NCBI GenBank assembly: GCA_015056585.1
Contig: SVFZ01000120.1
Span: forward strand, 6,397-70,396
Source of the DNA: Butyrivibrio sp.
Lineage (GTDB): Bacteria; Bacillota; Clostridia; Lachnospirales; Lachnospiraceae
DNA length: 64,000 nt
Direction of reading: 5' to 3'
The position numbers and the translations under genes were made by a program. Below, one piece after another: positions 27,497 through 38,005 of this stretch; within the stretch, counting starts at the first letter, position 1; each line of letters starts with the position of its first letter. A model generated the notes under the pieces. That model worked only from the letters and a program-made list of their open reading frames with translations. It searched no databases and was not told where the DNA came from.

Positions 27497-28813
27497 ATGG
27501 CAAGAGGTACGTTTACGGGCGGAATCCATCCCTATGAAGGCAAGGAATTGTCTAAGGATAAGCCCATCAAAGCAGTGCTACCAAAAGGGGATCTGGTATA
27601 TCCTTTATCCCAGCACATCGGCGCACCCGCTAAACCAATCGTAGCAGTGGGGGATCATGTACTTACCGGTCAAAAGATTGCAGAAGCAGGCGGATTTGTA
27701 TCTGCCAACATTTTTGCTACTGTATCCGGGACAGTAAAGGCTATAGAGCCAAGGCGCCTGACAACTGGAGGAATGTGCCAGAGCATCATTGTAGAAAATG
27801 ATGAGAAGTATGAAGAAGTAGAATTTAAGCCGGCAAAGCCTTATGAGGAAATGACACCAGAGGACAAGATAGCTGCTGTCAGAGAGGCCGGCGTTGTAGG
27901 TATGGGAGGAGCAGGCTTTCCTACTGCTGTTAAGTTTGCCCCTAAAGAACCCGACAAAATCGATTATATCATCGCAAACTGCTCGGAATGTGAGCCCTAT
28001 CTGACGTCAGATTACAGGCGAATGATAGAGGAACCTGAGCTTTTGCTTGAAGGTCTTAAGGTTGCCGTGAGTATTTTCCCAAATGCAAGAGGAATCCTTG
28101 CCATTGAGGACAATAAGCCCGACGCCATCGCCATATTCAAAAAACTAACTGAAAATGAGGACAAGATCAGCGTTAAGCCTGTAAAGACCAAATATCCAGA
28201 GGGCGCTGAGAGAATGCTGATCTATGCCTGCACCGGAAGAGAGATCAATTCTTCTATGCTGCCGGCTGACGCGGGATGTATCGTTGACAACGTTGATACA
28301 TTGTGCGCTGTTTGCAGAGCAGTAAAAGAGGGAAGACCTCTGATGGAAAGAATTGTAACCATCACCGGTGATGCCATAGCTGATCCAAGAAACTTCAAGG
28401 TTAGAATCGGCACAAATTATCGTGAGCTCATTGATGAAGCAGGCGGCTTTACCTGCGAACCGGCAAAGATTATTTCCGGTGGACCTATGATGGGCTTTGC
28501 AATCTTTAACCTTGATGTGCCTACCACTAAGACTGCTTCCGCAATAACCTGTTTTTCCAAGGATGCAGTTTCCGAGATGGAACCATCGGCGTGTATCAAC
28601 TGCGCAAGGTGCGTGGAAGCCTGCCCTGAGAGGCTTATTCCCAAGAACCTTGCAGATGCGGTAGAGCATAACGATGAAAAGGCATTCCTTGACATGTACG
28701 GAATGGAATGTTGTGAGTGTGGATGCTGCAGTTATATCTGCCCTGCAAGACGCCAGCTCACACAGCTTATCAAGGGTATGAGAAAAATACAGCTTGGTAA
28801 GAGGAAAAAGTGA
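27497..28813 (+). CDS. rnfC: Rnf complex subunit C
   Basis: QHIGAPA, GMGGAGFPT, NCSECEPY, two CxxCxxCxxxCP motifs. Confidence 0.96.
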   Translation: MARGTFTGGIHPYEGKELSKDKPIKAVLPKGDLVYPLSQHIGAPAKPIVAVGDHVLTGQKIAEAGGFVSANIFATVSGTVKAIEPRRLTTGGMCQSIIVENDEKYEEVEFKPAKPYEEMTPEDKIAAVREAGVVGMGGAGFPTAVKFAPKEPDKIDYIIANCSECEPYLTSDYRRMIEEPELLLEGLKVAVSIFPNARGILAIEDNKPDAIAIFKKLTENEDKISVKPVKTKYPEGAERMLIYACTGREINSSMLPADAGCIVDNVDTLCAVCRAVKEGRPLMERIVTITGDAIADPRNFKVRIGTNYRELIDEAGGFTCEPAKIISGGPMMGFAIFNLDVPTTKTASAITCFSKDAVSEMEPSACINCARCVEACPERLIPKNLADAVEHNDEKAFLDMYGMECCECGCCSYICPARRQLTQLIKGMRKIQLGKRKK

Positions 28814-28830
28814 GGGGAGGACAAGCTAAT

Positions 28831-29781
28831 ATGAGTGAACTTAGAAGAGTGTCATCCAATCCACATGTAAGGTCCAAGACCACCACATCAAATATCATGA
28901 TGTGGGTTCTGATCGCACTGCTTCCGGCAGCCGGTTTTGGTATTTACAACTTTGGAGTGGATGCACTGATCATACTGATCCTGTCGGTGGCTTCCTGCGT
29001 TCTTTCAGAGTTTATCTATGAAAAGGCGCTAAAAAAGCCTGTGACAATAGGAGATCTTTCTGCTGCAGTGACAGGTCTTTTACTTGGAATGAACCTGCCA
29101 TCTACAGTGCCGTGGTGGATTCCGATCCTTGGCGGTATCTTTGCAATAATCATGGTTAAGCAGCTCTTTGGAGGACTTGGACAGAACTTCATGAATCCTG
29201 CCCTTGGCGGAAGATGTTTTCTTGTTCTTTCTTTCCCTGCGCTTATGACCAACTTTGTAACTGATACCTACACAGGAGCCACACCTCTGGCAAACCTAAA
29301 AAACGGCATTGAAGTTAATGTCATGGACATGCTCATTGGTTTAACAGGCGGAACAATCGGTGAGACTTCGATGCTCTGTATCGCAATAGGTGCGATGATC
29401 CTCTTTGCAGTAGGAGTAATTGATTATGTGATTCCATTCACATACATAATTTCGTTTGTGATCTTTGTAGGATTGTTTGGCGGATACGGGTTTAACTGGA
29501 CATACATCTCTGCACATCTGGCAGGTGGCGGACTTATGCTGGGTGCATTCTTTATGGCTACCGACTATGTAACATGTCCTATCACACCAAAGGGAAGATT
29601 CATCTATGGATTGTCGCTGGGACTTCTTACAGGAATCTTCAGAATCTTTGGAGCGAATGCCGAAGGTGTTTCTTTTGCAATTGTAATCAGCAATCTTCTT
29701 GTGCCGCTTATTGAAAAGCTTACAATTCCAAGAGCCTTTGGAATTAAGAAAACAGCAAAGAAGGAGGCGAAAAAAGCATGA
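28831..29781 (+). CDS. rnfD: Rnf complex subunit D
   Basis: KQLFGGLGQNFMNPA, TGATPL, GETS, FFMATDYVT. Confidence 0.95.
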   Translation: MSELRRVSSNPHVRSKTTTSNIMMWVLIALLPAAGFGIYNFGVDALIILILSVASCVLSEFIYEKALKKPVTIGDLSAAVTGLLLGMNLPSTVPWWIPILGGIFAIIMVKQLFGGLGQNFMNPALGGRCFLVLSFPALMTNFVTDTYTGATPLANLKNGIEVNVMDMLIGLTGGTIGETSMLCIAIGAMILFAVGVIDYVIPFTYIISFVIFVGLFGGYGFNWTYISAHLAGGGLMLGAFFMATDYVTCPITPKGRFIYGLSLGLLTGIFRIFGANAEGVSFAIVISNLLVPLIEKLTIPRAFGIKKTAKKEAKKA

Positions 29782-30386
29782 ACGATACAAAAAGCATGAT
29801 CAAAAACGCCCTTATTCTTTTTGCTATAACCCTTGTTGCCGGAATCCTCTTGGGACTTGTTTATCAGGTAACAAAAGATCCGATAGCTTATCAGGAAAAA
29901 CTTGCACAGGACAAGGCTAATCAGTCTGTTTTTGCCAGTGCAGCTACATTTGAGGATGTGGCAGTAGATACCGGGAAGGCAGAGAGCAGCCTTGCAGATT
30001 ATTCCGGAGTTTTCATAGAGAGTGTAAAAAAAGCTCTGGACGGAGCCGGGAGTGTTCTCGGATATGTAATTCAGGTTAAGTCCAAGGGCTACGGCGATTT
30101 CATAGAATACACGGTTGGTATTACAAATGAAGGAAGTATCAACGGTATTTCAATTATTAAAATTGCTGAGACTCCTGGACTTGGAATGAACGCAGAAAAA
30201 GTAATTGCCCCTCAGTTTGTGGATAAGGCAGCAACACTCTTTAGCGTAGTAAAGAGCGGACAGCTCTCCGATGCCAATACTCAGATCGAGGCAATCTCAG
30301 GTGCAACCATTACATCAAAAGCAGTGACAGACGGCGTAGATGCTGCAGTGAGCTATTTTGAAAACGCATTGAAAGGAGGACAGTGA
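29778..30386 (+). CDS. rnfG: Rnf complex subunit G
   Basis: ETPGLG and SGATITS flavinylation motif. Confidence 0.95.
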   Translation: MNDTKSMIKNALILFAITLVAGILLGLVYQVTKDPIAYQEKLAQDKANQSVFASAATFEDVAVDTGKAESSLADYSGVFIESVKKALDGAGSVLGYVIQVKSKGYGDFIEYTVGITNEGSINGISIIKIAETPGLGMNAEKVIAPQFVDKAATLFSVVKSGQLSDANTQIEAISGATITSKAVTDGVDAAVSYFENALKGGQ

Positions 30387-31165
30387 TGAGCACAGAAGCA
30401 AAAAAAGGCGCATTGGGCTTTAAAGCAGACTCGCCGGCTGAACGTTTTTTTAACGGCCTCATTGCTGAAAACCCTACTTTAGTACTTATGATCGGTATGT
30501 GTCCCACGCTTGCCGTTACTTCATCGGCGATAAACGGCCTTGGAATGGGACTTGCCACAACTTTCGTTCTTGCACTTTCAAATGCGGTTATCGCAGCCTT
30601 AAGAAAGACAATCCCAGGCACTGTCAGGATCCCGTCTTTCATCGTAGTAATCGCATCCTTCGTAACACTGGTTGAGCTTCTTATGAAAGCGTATGTTCCG
30701 GCGCTTAATCAGGCCCTGGGCGTATATATCCCTCTAATCGTTGTTAACTGTATCATCTTCGGAAGAGCGGAAGCCTATGCCAGCAAGCACGGTATCGTTC
30801 CTTCATTCTTCGATGGAATAGGTATGGGAATCGGCTTTACCTGCGCTATTACAGTTATCGGTCTTATCCGTGAGTTTATTGGAGCAGGAACAGCTTTTGA
30901 CGTTCAGATCCTTGGCGAAGGAACCGTGGTTCCGGGACCGGTAGGAGCTTTCCTTTCAGGCTATCAGCCAATCAGCATCTTTATCCAGCAGGCGGGAGCA
31001 TTTTTTGTACTGGCATTCCTTATCGCCATCATGAATAAGGTGAAATCAAATCTTGCCAAGAAGGGAAAAGATACTTCGAAATTCGGTCAGGGATGCTGCA
31101 GCTCATCAGAAGAAAAAGCTGCCGATAAGATCCTTGAAGATAAAAACTCAGGAAAGGAGGCTTAA
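30386..31165 (+). CDS. rnfE: Rnf complex subunit E
   Basis: GMCPTLAVT, IPLIVVNCIIFGRAE. Confidence 0.95.
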   Translation: MSTEAKKGALGFKADSPAERFFNGLIAENPTLVLMIGMCPTLAVTSSAINGLGMGLATTFVLALSNAVIAALRKTIPGTVRIPSFIVVIASFVTLVELLMKAYVPALNQALGVYIPLIVVNCIIFGRAEAYASKHGIVPSFFDGIGMGIGFTCAITVIGLIREFIGAGTAFDVQILGEGTVVPGPVGAFLSGYQPISIFIQQAGAFFVLAFLIAIMNKVKSNLAKKGKDTSKFGQGCCSSSEEKAADKILEDKNSGKEA

Positions 31166-31170
31166 ATTAT

Positions 31171-31755
31171 ATGGAAACTATTATGAATTTAGTGGGACTT
31201 ATGATCACAGCCTCACTTGTAAATAACGTAGTTCTTTCACAGTTCCTTGGCCTTTGTCCTTTCCTTGGCGTTTCCAAGAAAACCGACACAGCCCTTGGAA
31301 TGGGCGGAGCATGTATCTTTGTAATTACGCTGGCTTCACTGGTTTGCAGCACAATCTACAAATTTATATTATCTCCGCTTGACCTGTCATATCTTCGAAC
31401 CATCGTGTTTATCCTTGTAATTGCCATGCTGGTTCAGTTTGTAGAGATGATCCTGAAAAAATACATCGTATCCCTCTACCGGGCTCTTGGTGTATACCTC
31501 CCTCTTATCACTACAAACTGTGCGGTTTTGGGTGTTGCCATCAATAATGTAACTGACGGATACACAATACTTGAAAGCACGGTTACAGGCTTTGCCACAG
31601 CAGTTGGCTTTACAATCGCAATAGTGATTCTTGCCGGCCTTCGTGAAAAGATGGAATACAACGATATTCCGGCTCCTTTCAAGGGAATGCCGCTGGTTCT
31701 TCTTACATCAGGGCTTATGGCAATCGCATTTACAGGTTTTTCGGCACTCAAGTAA
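31171..31755 (+). CDS. rnfA: Rnf complex subunit A
   Basis: FLGLCPFLGVS, YLPLITTNCAVLG. Confidence 0.96.
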   Translation: METIMNLVGLMITASLVNNVVLSQFLGLCPFLGVSKKTDTALGMGGACIFVITLASLVCSTIYKFILSPLDLSYLRTIVFILVIAMLVQFVEMILKKYIVSLYRALGVYLPLITTNCAVLGVAINNVTDGYTILESTVTGFATAVGFTIAIVILAGLREKMEYNDIPAPFKGMPLVLLTSGLMAIAFTGFSALK

Positions 31756-31844
31756 GTGATAAAGGGAATGAGCAGACACAGTGTTGTGCCTGTGCAAAAC
31801 ACTATAGTCCCTGTATCGCGGATAACAATTAGGAGATGATTCAT

Positions 31845-32642
31845 ATGATAGGTGGAATAATCATTGCAACTTGCGTGGTTGCAGGTGTCGGAATTGTAAT
31901 TGGCCTGATCCTCGGCATTGCAGACCTTAAGTTGCATGTAGAAGTAGATGAAAAAGAAGCTGCTATATTGGAGGCTCTCCCCGGAAATAACTGCGGAGGC
32001 TGTGGATTCCCCGGATGTTCAGGCTGTGCTGCAGCTATAGCAAAGGGCGAAGCGGCAGTTAATCAGTGTCCTGTCGGAGGCGCACCTGTTGCAGCAGCAA
32101 TCTCAAGCATTATGGGAGTTGAGGCTATAGAATCTTCCAGAATGGTGGCATTTGTACACTGCGGCGGTGATTGCGAAAAAGCAACCCAGCAGTATGAGTA
32201 CAACGGAGTTTCGGACTGCAGACTTCAGATGCAGGCTCCGGGCGGCGGATCCAAGACCTGTTCCTTTGGATGCCTTGGCGGCGGCAGCTGCGTTTCTGTA
32301 TGTCAGTTCGACGCCATCCATGTGGTAAACGGTATTGCGGTTGTTGACAAGGAAGAATGTAAGGCCTGCGGTAAGTGTATAGACATCTGCCCCCGTCACC
32401 TCATTGACCTTATTCCTTACGAGGCAAAAGAGGCAGTGGCCTGCAAGTCACAGGACCTTGGTAAAGCAGTTAACGGCTACTGTAAGTCAGGCTGCATAGC
32501 TTGTCACATCTGTGAAAAGAACTGCCCGGCAGGAGCAATCACAGTAGAGAACAACGTCGCTTCCATAGACCAGTCAAAGTGCACACACTGCGGCACCTGC
32601 GTAGAGAAGTGTCCTAAGAAAGCAATCGCTAAAATTGGTTGA
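31845..32642 (+). CDS. rnfB: Rnf complex subunit B
   Basis: LPGNNCGGCGFPGC, CPVGG, multiple ferredoxin Cys motifs. Confidence 0.95.
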   Translation: MIGGIIIATCVVAGVGIVIGLILGIADLKLHVEVDEKEAAILEALPGNNCGGCGFPGCSGCAAAIAKGEAAVNQCPVGGAPVAAAISSIMGVEAIESSRMVAFVHCGGDCEKATQQYEYNGVSDCRLQMQAPGGGSKTCSFGCLGGGSCVSVCQFDAIHVVNGIAVVDKEECKACGKCIDICPRHLIDLIPYEAKEAVACKSQDLGKAVNGYCKSGCIACHICEKNCPAGAITVENNVASIDQSKCTHCGTCVEKCPKKAIAKIG

Positions 32643-32650
32643 TTACCTTC

Positions 32651-33376
32651 TCACTGCAAATAAAATGCTCGCCCCTGAGATGAGAGTGTTATCATATTTC
32701 CGTCTACTTTGATCAGACCGTCGTCCTGCATTTTGCCAAGTTCACGGCAGACGCTGGATCTTTCGGAGCAGACATACTGTGCGAGCTGCTCTCTGGTAAA
32801 AGAGAGTGTGAAGGCCTTGTTATCACGTTCTTTTGATAATTGGATAAAATAAGTAAGCAGCTTCTTGCGCAGGGACTTCTGCGTAAGGAGCTGTATTTTT
32901 CTGTTGAGAATAATGTTATTTCTGGCCAGAATAGTAGTAATGTTCGTGACAAATTTGGTGTAATAAGATTTATTCACCGGATTGAGCAGGAGGCTATTGA
33001 TGTTCAGAAATAGAATTTTTGAGTTTCTGATAACTCTGTAATGCGAGAGATTATTTGTCATTCCTGTTATACAAAAGGCAGGACCAACAATATCTCCATC
33101 CGTATTTCTTCCCACAATCTCTTCATCTCCGGTAACAGAAATGTGCAAAACATCAACTTCACCTGAGAGAATTATCCCGGCATGGGATATGGCACTGTCA
33201 GGCGGATACAGTTCAGTACCTTTCTTGCATTCTTTTAAGTAATAGTCGGAGTTTTCCAAAAGAAGCAAAAGCTCATCGTCTGTGAAATTTTGAAACAGAC
33301 GGGCCTTTTTAAGGAGAAGGAGCTTTTCGTCTTTCCCATTATTTGTTTTATGATCAAAAAGCGAATTATTCAGCAT
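32651..33376 (-). CDS. Crp/Fnr family transcriptional regulator
   Basis: cNMP-binding-type barrel (GIILSGEV..GDIVG) and C-terminal HTH (FTREQLAQYVCSERSSVCRELGKM). Confidence 0.9.
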   Translation of the reverse strand: MLNNSLFDHKTNNGKDEKLLLLKKARLFQNFTDDELLLLLENSDYYLKECKKGTELYPPDSAISHAGIILSGEVDVLHISVTGDEEIVGRNTDGDIVGPAFCITGMTNNLSHYRVIRNSKILFLNINSLLLNPVNKSYYTKFVTNITTILARNNIILNRKIQLLTQKSLRKKLLTYFIQLSKERDNKAFTLSFTREQLAQYVCSERSSVCRELGKMQDDGLIKVDGNMITLSSQGRAFYLQ

Positions 33377-33387
33377 TTTTTATAAAG

Positions 33388-33403
33388 TGTTGCGTGTGCA
33401 ACA
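33388..33403. promoter_or_regulatory. Palindrome TGTTGC-N4-GCAACA, candidate Crp/Fnr operator
   Basis: Perfect inverted repeat 12 nt before the divergent Crp/Fnr start. Confidence 0.55.
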
Positions 33404-33438
33404 TCATCTTCCTTTTGTTTATGATAATGTATCTGTTG

Positions 33439-33454
33439 GTTAGCAGTTGCTAAC
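33439..33454. promoter_or_regulatory. Palindrome GTTAGCA-GT-TGCTAAC, candidate operator
   Basis: Perfect 7-bp arms, downstream of candidate -10 TATGAT (33420-25). Confidence 0.5.
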
Positions 33455-33510
33455 AAATACTACCAGTGATTTTACAATATATTCGCTGTATGTGCAAGGG
33501 AGATTGACTA

Positions 33511-34296
33511 ATGGTAAAGATAGCAGTTTACGGAAAAGGTGGCATAGGTAAATCAACAACCACTTCAAATTTGTCGGCGGCTCTTTCTGAGGCAGGCTAC
33601 AAGGTAATGCAGATTGGATGTGACCCCAAATCGGATTCCACAAAGTGCCTGATGGGTGGGGTGAAGATCCCGACTGTGCTGGACACAATAAGAGATAAAG
33701 GCCCGGGTGGTGTTGAACTTGAAGATATAGTTTTTGAAGGCTTTGGAGGAACTCTTTGCGTTGAAGCAGGAGGCCCCACACCGGGAATCGGCTGTGCAGG
33801 CAGAGGAATAATCACTGCTTTTGATAAGCTTGAAGAACTTGGAGCTTACGAAAAATATCAGCCGGACATAGTTTTATATGATGTGCTTGGCGACGTGGTC
33901 TGCGGCGGTTTCGCGATGCCGATAAGAGAAGGTTATGCGGATCACGTACTGGTTGTTACATCAGGAGAAATGATGGCTCTCTATGCAGCATCAAACATAG
34001 TTTCCGCAGTACATAATTTTGGAAAAAGAGGCTACGCAAAGCTTGGAGGTCTTATTGTCAACAGAAGAAATGTTGAGAACGAGCTTGAGCTTGTTGAAAA
34101 AGCTGCAAAAGAGATGGGAGAGAGCGTTTTGTGTGTTATCCCAAGAGACGGCGCTGTTCAGCAGGCTGAGGATCTTGGAAAGACAGTAATAGAGGCTCTG
34201 CCTGAGTCTACAATGGCAGAATGTTACAGGAATCTGGCCGGGAAAGTTTTGGAGGTAAGTGAGAATGAGCTGCAGCTTGATAGAAAATGTGTATGA
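33511..34296 (+). CDS. NifH-like Fe protein, group IV (NflH/CfbC-like)
   Basis: [46 protein letters not shown] (both Fe-S Cys). Confidence 0.93.
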   Translation: MVKIAVYGKGGIGKSTTTSNLSAALSEAGYKVMQIGCDPKSDSTKCLMGGVKIPTVLDTIRDKGPGGVELEDIVFEGFGGTLCVEAGGPTPGIGCAGRGIITAFDKLEELGAYEKYQPDIVLYDVLGDVVCGGFAMPIREGYADHVLVVTSGEMMALYAASNIVSAVHNFGKRGYAKLGGLIVNRRNVENELELVEKAAKEMGESVLCVIPRDGAVQQAEDLGKTVIEALPESTMAECYRNLAGKVLEVSENELQLDRKCV

Positions 34297-35539
34297 AACC
34301 AGTCTTCACTATGCTTCGCCTGCTCACGGAGGCTGGGGCGTTTTAAAAATTGCCCAGCTAATTCCCGACAGCTACTTTTTATTTGTAAGCCCGGCGGCAT
34401 GCGGAAGACACGGAGCTTTAGGGGCAAGAATGGAAGGACGAAAGAACAGGGTATCATACCTGTTTTTAACTGAGCAGTCCATAGTTTCCGGCGATTACGA
34501 AAAAATGCTGATTGATGCCCTTGATCAGCTGATGGATTTTTTGAAAAAGAGAAACAGACTGCCCAAGGTCATGGGTATTTTTGTGAGCTGCATCGATGAT
34601 CTTCTTGGAACAGATCACGAGGCGCTTAAGGCACAGCTTGAGGAGAGATACAGCGGAATACGTTTTATCGACTGCCACATGAATCCCACCTCATCAGATA
34701 CCGGAGTCCCGCCCCTTGTGAATATCCAGAACAAGATATACTCAGTTCTTGAAAGAACCGACAGGACAGATGACGCAGTTAATATCGTGGGAAATCTGGA
34801 GCCGGTCCACAAGGAAAGTGAGCTCACGGAAGTCCTTGAAAAGATGGGAGTTAAAGAGGTAAGACATATCACTGACTATAAGACCTATGAAGACTATCAG
34901 GACATGGCTGCAAGCAGGCTGAACATAAGACTTGCGCCTTCGGTAAAATACGCCTGCACAAATATGCAGAGAAAGCTCGGGATCCCGTCTGTCGAGGCAC
35001 TTATTTCTTTCAGACCGGAGAATATCAGGAAAAATTATGAGGCCATAGCAGAGGGACTTAATGTAAAATGCCCCGACCTTTCAGAGTACGAGCAGGAAGC
35101 TTTAAAAGCTCTTTTGGAAACAAAAAAGGAGCTTGGCGATATGCCGCTTATCCTCGACTGGGAATGTACTATCAGCGTTTTTGAATTTGCAAGATGTCTT
35201 CTCGAGCATGGCTTTAATGTAAAAAGAATTTATTCCCAGCAGGTCATTCCTTCGGATAAGGAAAACTTTGAGTGGGTGATGGAGAATTATCCGGATGTAG
35301 AGATCAGACAGCCGCAGAATCCAAAAGTAACCGTAGAAGAGCATGTTGACTACGAGTGCATAGCTGTAGGCTACAGCGCAGGCTACCTTTCCGGTGCCGA
35401 GCATGTGGTAGATATAGGCGGACAGCACGGTCTTTATGGATACAGGGGATTAGTGGAATTTTTGAAAAAAATAAAAGAAACAAAACATGAAAAGGCTGAC
35501 CTTAAGAAAATTCTTGAGGATGCGGTACTTATCATTTAA
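34265..35539 (+). CDS. Nitrogenase component 1-like subunit (NflD-like)
   Basis: [27 protein letters not shown]; ATG 34265 after GGAGGT. Confidence 0.8.
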   Translation: MSCSLIENVYETSLHYASPAHGGWGVLKIAQLIPDSYFLFVSPAACGRHGALGARMEGRKNRVSYLFLTEQSIVSGDYEKMLIDALDQLMDFLKKRNRLPKVMGIFVSCIDDLLGTDHEALKAQLEERYSGIRFIDCHMNPTSSDTGVPPLVNIQNKIYSVLERTDRTDDAVNIVGNLEPVHKESELTEVLEKMGVKEVRHITDYKTYEDYQDMAASRLNIRLAPSVKYACTNMQRKLGIPSVEALISFRPENIRKNYEAIAEGLNVKCPDLSEYEQEALKALLETKKELGDMPLILDWECTISVFEFARCLLEHGFNVKRIYSQQVIPSDKENFEWVMENYPDVEIRQPQNPKVTVEEHVDYECIAVGYSAGYLSGAEHVVDIGGQHGLYGYRGLVEFLKKIKETKHEKADLKKILEDAVLII

Positions 35540-35552
35540 AGGAGGCAAAGCA

Positions 35553-36773
35553 TTGGAAGAATTATGGATATCGCTTCCTGCCCTGGCACCGGACTATTCC
35601 GGCGTATGCTCAGCCATGTTTGATCTTGGAGGAATGAGCGTAATACATGATGCATCAGGATGTACAGGCAATTACACAGGCTATGATGAGCCGAGATGGT
35701 ACGGAAGTAATTCAATGGTTTACTGCTCGGGACTTAGAGAGATAGATGCGGTCCTTGGCAGGGACGATAAGCTTATAGCGAATATTTTAAAAACAGCAGA
35801 GTATACAAATCCCAGGTGCTTTTCTCTTATAGGAAGTCCGGTTCCTATGGTAATCGGTTCGGATATGAAGGGAATTGCAAAAGAACTTGAAAATTCCACA
35901 GGGATACCATCCTTTGGTTTTTCAACAAACGGTCTTGGACTGTACAACAAAGGTGTTTCCGAAGCAGTACTTACGGTGATCAAAAGATTTTTAAAACCAT
36001 CTGAAGAAAAGCTGGACAGGAGCATAAATGTTATTGGCACCACACCGCTTGATTTTTCCGCTAATTCTAACGCCGAGGATCTTTATAAAGCGCTGAGCGA
36101 TCATGGCTATAAGGTAATAGGAAAGCTGATGATGGGAGCCAGCATAGAGCAGATAGAAAATCTTACTATGGCGCAGGTCAATCTTGTTGTCACTGAGTCA
36201 GGACTTGATGCAGCGATATATCTTTATAAGGAATATGGAATTCCTTATGTTGTGGGAATGCTGACAGGAAACGACAATGAGCTCTTTGAACTGATTGAAA
36301 AGACAAGAGCGGATAAAAAATGCAGAGTGCTGGGAATTACAGAACCTGAAAGTACAGGCAGCCAAAAAGAAAGCCCGCAGGATATTTCTGTTAATGATAC
36401 TTTGGAAAAAGTATTTATTGTGGGTGAGCAGGTTCTTGGAAACAGCATAAGATATGCCATAAACAGGCGCTGCCCACAGATCACTGTTGTAGTGGGGACT
36501 ATGACAGGACTTAGAAAAGAGATTGCAAAAGAATGCGATTTGGATATTCCGGGGGAGGAATCTTTGGTAAAGCTTATGGAGTCCGGAAATTACAGGGTAA
36601 TTGTGGGTGATCCGCTTTTGGGAGACGTCTTAACAGATGATCTTAAACTGGTGGAAATGCCGCATGTGGCCCTTTCCAGCAAGCTTTACTGGAACAAAGC
36701 GGTTCATTTTATTGGCCGGGAAATGGATGACATCGTAAAAAAAATTATTTCTTTTTACGATTCAGATAAATAA
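35553..36773 (+). CDS. Nitrogenase component 1-like subunit (NflK-like)
   Basis: PDYSG, HDASGCTG, LREIDAVLG, SPVPMVIGSD; TTG start after GGAGG. Confidence 0.8.
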   Translation: MEELWISLPALAPDYSGVCSAMFDLGGMSVIHDASGCTGNYTGYDEPRWYGSNSMVYCSGLREIDAVLGRDDKLIANILKTAEYTNPRCFSLIGSPVPMVIGSDMKGIAKELENSTGIPSFGFSTNGLGLYNKGVSEAVLTVIKRFLKPSEEKLDRSINVIGTTPLDFSANSNAEDLYKALSDHGYKVIGKLMMGASIEQIENLTMAQVNLVVTESGLDAAIYLYKEYGIPYVVGMLTGNDNELFELIEKTRADKKCRVLGITEPESTGSQKESPQDISVNDTLEKVFIVGEQVLGNSIRYAINRRCPQITVVVGTMTGLRKEIAKECDLDIPGEESLVKLMESGNYRVIVGDPLLGDVLTDDLKLVEMPHVALSSKLYWNKAVHFIGREMDDIVKKIISFYDSDK

Positions 36774-36808
36774 TAGAAGCCCAAAAGAGGCTTCGGAAAG
36801 AGGAGCGT

Positions 36809-38005
36809 ATGAAAAACAATGTATTTAAGAAACTTGTAGCCGTACTTTGCGCTACAGTGTTTCTTGGAACAGTAGGATGCGGAAATACATCTGCACCCGA
36901 AAACACTGCAGCTGAAGAAACAGCAGCATCAGAGGATGTTCAGCAGGCAGAAATCAAAGAGGAGGAGACACCCCTTTCTGACAGCGCTGATAGCGAGACA
37001 TCAGAAAGCGAGACATCAGCAGAAAGCACAGATGGCAAGATCACTATCGTTGATCAGCTCGGAAAGACCATTGAGCTTGATGGTGTTCCGGAAAGAGTGG
37101 CAACAACAATTATGCCATTCCCATACATCTTTTACGCAGTTGTCGGCAACAACGACAATCTTGTAGGATGTAACCCTTCTTCAATCGTTGCGTACAATGA
37201 CAGCGCTTTAAAGTACATGTATCCTGAGCTTGCAAATGCTGATACAAGTTTCGTTGACACAAGCTTTGTGGTAAATGTGGAGGAACTTATAAAGCTTAAG
37301 CCTGACGTTGTATTCCAGTGGAACTACATGGATGACGAGATCAAGAAGATGGAAGATGCAGGAATCAAGGTTATTGCACTTCAGTATGGCTCAATCGAAG
37401 ACCTTGAAACCTGGATCAATATTATTGCCACTATGATGGGCAAGCCCGAAAGAGCACAGGAGCTCATCACATATTTCCATGACAGCGTAAAAGAGGTTGA
37501 TGATAAGCTTGCGGGTCTTTCAAAGGATGACTTCTCAAATGTACTTCTTTTGTCTGATGACATGAAGGTTACAGGTACAGGGTTCTCAACCTACTGGCTT
37601 GAGCACTCGGGCGCAATCAGCCCTTCATCAGATCTTTCAGGAGAAGCGCTTAACGTAAACATGGAGCAGATATATGAGTGGAATCCTGACATTATTTACA
37701 TCGGAAACTTCACAAGCCTCCAGCCGTCAGATCTTTTGGAGAACAAGCTTGAGGGAGAGGACTGGTCAGTTGTAAGCGCCGTACAAAAGGGTCAGGTTTA
37801 CAAGATTCCGATTGGTGGATACAGATGGGATCCGCCGGGAGTTGAGACACCACTTATGATCAAGTGGCTCGCAAAGACACAGCATCCGGATCTCTTTGAG
37901 GACATGGATATGAACGAAGAGGTAAAAGAATTCTACAAGGATGTATACAACTTTGACCTTACACAGGAAATGCTTGATGATATTTTAGGAGATACTCAGA
38001 ACTGA
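36809..38005 (+). CDS. Lipoprotein substrate-binding protein, iron-chelate/heme/cobalamin (class III) type
   Basis: Lipobox TVGC; DQLGKTIE..PERVA, NVEELIKLKPDVV, WNPDIIY, RWDPP. Confidence 0.88.
   Translation: MKNNVFKKLVAVLCATVFLGTVGCGNTSAPENTAAEETAASEDVQQAEIKEEETPLSDSADSETSESETSAESTDGKITIVDQLGKTIELDGVPERVATTIMPFPYIFYAVVGNNDNLVGCNPSSIVAYNDSALKYMYPELANADTSFVDTSFVVNVEELIKLKPDVVFQWNYMDDEIKKMEDAGIKVIALQYGSIEDLETWINIIATMMGKPERAQELITYFHDSVKEVDDKLAGLSKDDFSNVLLLSDDMKVTGTGFSTYWLEHSGAISPSSDLSGEALNVNMEQIYEWNPDIIYIGNFTSLQPSDLLENKLEGEDWSVVSAVQKGQVYKIPIGGYRWDPPGVETPLMIKWLAKTQHPDLFEDMDMNEEVKEFYKDVYNFDLTQEMLDDILGDTQN

Noticed and set aside
33511-36773. True nitrogen fixation cluster
   Set aside because: No nifB/E/N, short D/K-like chains without evident FeMo-co ligands, and importer context point to group IV
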